A stretch of 64,000 bases of DNA from an uncultured delta proteobacterium (GTDB lineage Bacteria > Desulfobacterota > Syntrophobacteria > BM002), in NCBI GenBank assembly GCA_963712115.1, contig CAVQGX010000020.1, positions 128,001-192,000 on the forward strand. Direction: 5' to 3'. A model generated the notes under the pieces. That model was not told the DNA's origin, did no database searches, and was given only the letters and a program-made list of their open reading frames with translations. This document shows positions 62,570 to 64,000 of this stretch, one piece after another (the stretch's first letter is position 1; every line of letters starts with the position of its first letter). Both the position numbers and the translations under genes were made by a program.

Positions 62570-64000
62570 ATGAGTCGAAGCCGGCTGGATTTAGATTATT
62601 TGATCGGTGTGCTGAGCAGACGCGGCCTGATTAGTGAACGCCAGGCGAAAGTCATCTCTCAAAAGGCGCCTGCCCAAAAGGAGAAGCTCACTCAGCTGCA
62701 CAAGGTGAAGAGAGGGGGATTGTCCTCACTGAGGCGCGGAGATGAGGTCACGCCAGTGGATGTTCTGGCCTCCATGGGATTGAAACTGGGCAAGGAAGAA
62801 AATGACCGTCTCAATGAAGAGGCCATCATGCGGATGGTGGCAGCTGACCTGGGGATGACTTTCAAAAAGATCGACCCACTAAAGCTGGACCTGGAGTTGG
62901 TCACCCAGACCATTCCCAAAAACTTCGCCCTCAAACACATGGTCCTTCCGGTGGAGAGTTCCCTGGAAACGATCACCGTGGCAGTCTACGATCCTTTTAA
63001 TCGTCAGGTTTTGGAGGACATCGAGCGAGTTACCAAAAAGCGGCTGGAAGCTCTCATCAGTACCAAGAGTGACATTGTCAAAACCATCTCTGAGTTTTAC
63101 GGGTTCAAGAGCTCAATTGTTGCCGCCGACACTCAGTTGAGTAAGCCCTTAGTTGACCTGGGAAACCTGGAACAGCTCACTCACTTGCAGGCGACAGAGG
63201 AGATCTCCTCGAGTGACCAGCACATAACCAATGCGGTAGATCACCTGTTCAGCTACGGTTTTGATCAGCGGGCTAGTGACGTTCACATTGAGCCCAAGCG
63301 GGAAAAAACCATCGTAAGACTTCGCATAGATGGTTTGCTGCACACTATTTACCGGATACCCAAGAGTGTGCACCCGGCGATTGTTTCCAGAATCAAGGCC
63401 CTGGCCCGGCTGGACCTTGCAGAGAAGCGCAGGCCGCAAGATGGACGGATCAAGGTGGAACGCAATGGCAAGGAGGCGGAAATTAGGATTTCAACCGTGC
63501 CGGTGGCCTTCGGTGAAAAGTTGGTGCTTAGAATCCTGGATCCTGACATTCTCTTGCAGGACCTTGAAGGATTGGGATTTTCATCAGCAGATCTCATCAA
63601 GTATCGTAGACTTATAGAGGTGCCCCACGGAATAGTTTTGATAACCGGTCCAACAGGAAGCGGAAAGACCACCACCCTTTACTCCAGTTTGCGCTTTCTC
63701 GCCTCCGAGGGCAACAACATCACCACTATTGAAGATCCCATCGAAATGGTGCACGAACAGTTCAACCAGATTGCCGTAAAGCCACGAATCAACCTTACCT
63801 TCGCCAATGTCCTGCGCCATGTTCTCCGTCAGGATCCCGACATCATCATGATCGGAGAAATGCGAGACCTCGAGACAGCAACCAATGCTATTCAGGCCGC
63901 CCTCACTGGCCACCTTGTTCTGAGTACTTTGCACACCAACGATGCAGCCAGCGCCATAACCCGTCTGATGGACCTGGGGGTGCAGCCCTTCCTGATCTCC
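62570..64000 (+). CDS. PilB/GspE family secretion ATPase (runs off right edge)
   Basis: Absent from the ORF track. ATG 62570 is in frame with GPTGSGKTTTL (63647); also ASDVHIEP, RRPQDGR, TIEDPIE, LRQDPD, TGHLVLSTLHTND. Confidence 0.9.
   Translation, partial: MSRSRLDLDYLIGVLSRRGLISERQAKVISQKAPAQKEKLTQLHKVKRGGLSSLRRGDEVTPVDVLASMGLKLGKEENDRLNEEAIMRMVAADLGMTFKKIDPLKLDLELVTQTIPKNFALKHMVLPVESSLETITVAVYDPFNRQVLEDIERVTKKRLEALISTKSDIVKTISEFYGFKSSIVAADTQLSKPLVDLGNLEQLTHLQATEEISSSDQHITNAVDHLFSYGFDQRASDVHIEPKREKTIVRLRIDGLLHTIYRIPKSVHPAIVSRIKALARLDLAEKRRPQDGRIKVERNGKEAEIRISTVPVAFGEKLVLRILDPDILLQDLEGLGFSSADLIKYRRLIEVPHGIVLITGPTGSGKTTTLYSSLRFLASEGNNITTIEDPIEMVHEQFNQIAVKPRINLTFANVLRHVLRQDPDIIMIGEMRDLETATNAIQAALTGHLVLSTLHTNDAASAITRLMDLGVQPFLIS

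Overview
Chromosomal segment from an anaerobic Desulfobacterota (deltaproteobacteria)-like bacterium; the taxon is inferred from gene content. Left to right: (1) 1-20 kb, glycosylation genes (three TMTC-like GT-C/TPR paralogs, two DPM1-like GT2s, rmlBACD, a polytopic GT-C-like membrane protein, an LtaS/sulfatase-like protein) interleaved with the larC-pgpA-cinA-nadD...thpR-recA-alaS housekeeping run; (2) plsB; (3) 27.5-39.7 kb, a co-directional energy cluster: rnfCDGEA, an rnfB-oxidoreductase fusion, a REC/flavin-reductase fusion, rseC, an FeS protein, apbE, a selenocysteine fdhF and a ferredoxin; (4) a HAMP kinase with a sigma54 activator, an Ig/cadherin-like protein and a probable secreted DUF1573-like selenoprotein (UGA followed by a hairpin); (5) two tandem fimT-pilW-pilV-pilX-pilY1 minor-pilin cassettes and a partial PilB/GspE ATPase. 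Six intergenic TGGCA-N6-TTGCT sigma54 motifs precede the glycosylation units and both pilin cassettes. Intergenic DNA is rich in short-period hairpin repeats, REP/MITE-like elements and nested palindromic insertions. About a dozen genes carry small indels that most likely reflect long-read assembly error. No tRNA, rRNA, CRISPR array or transposase was seen.
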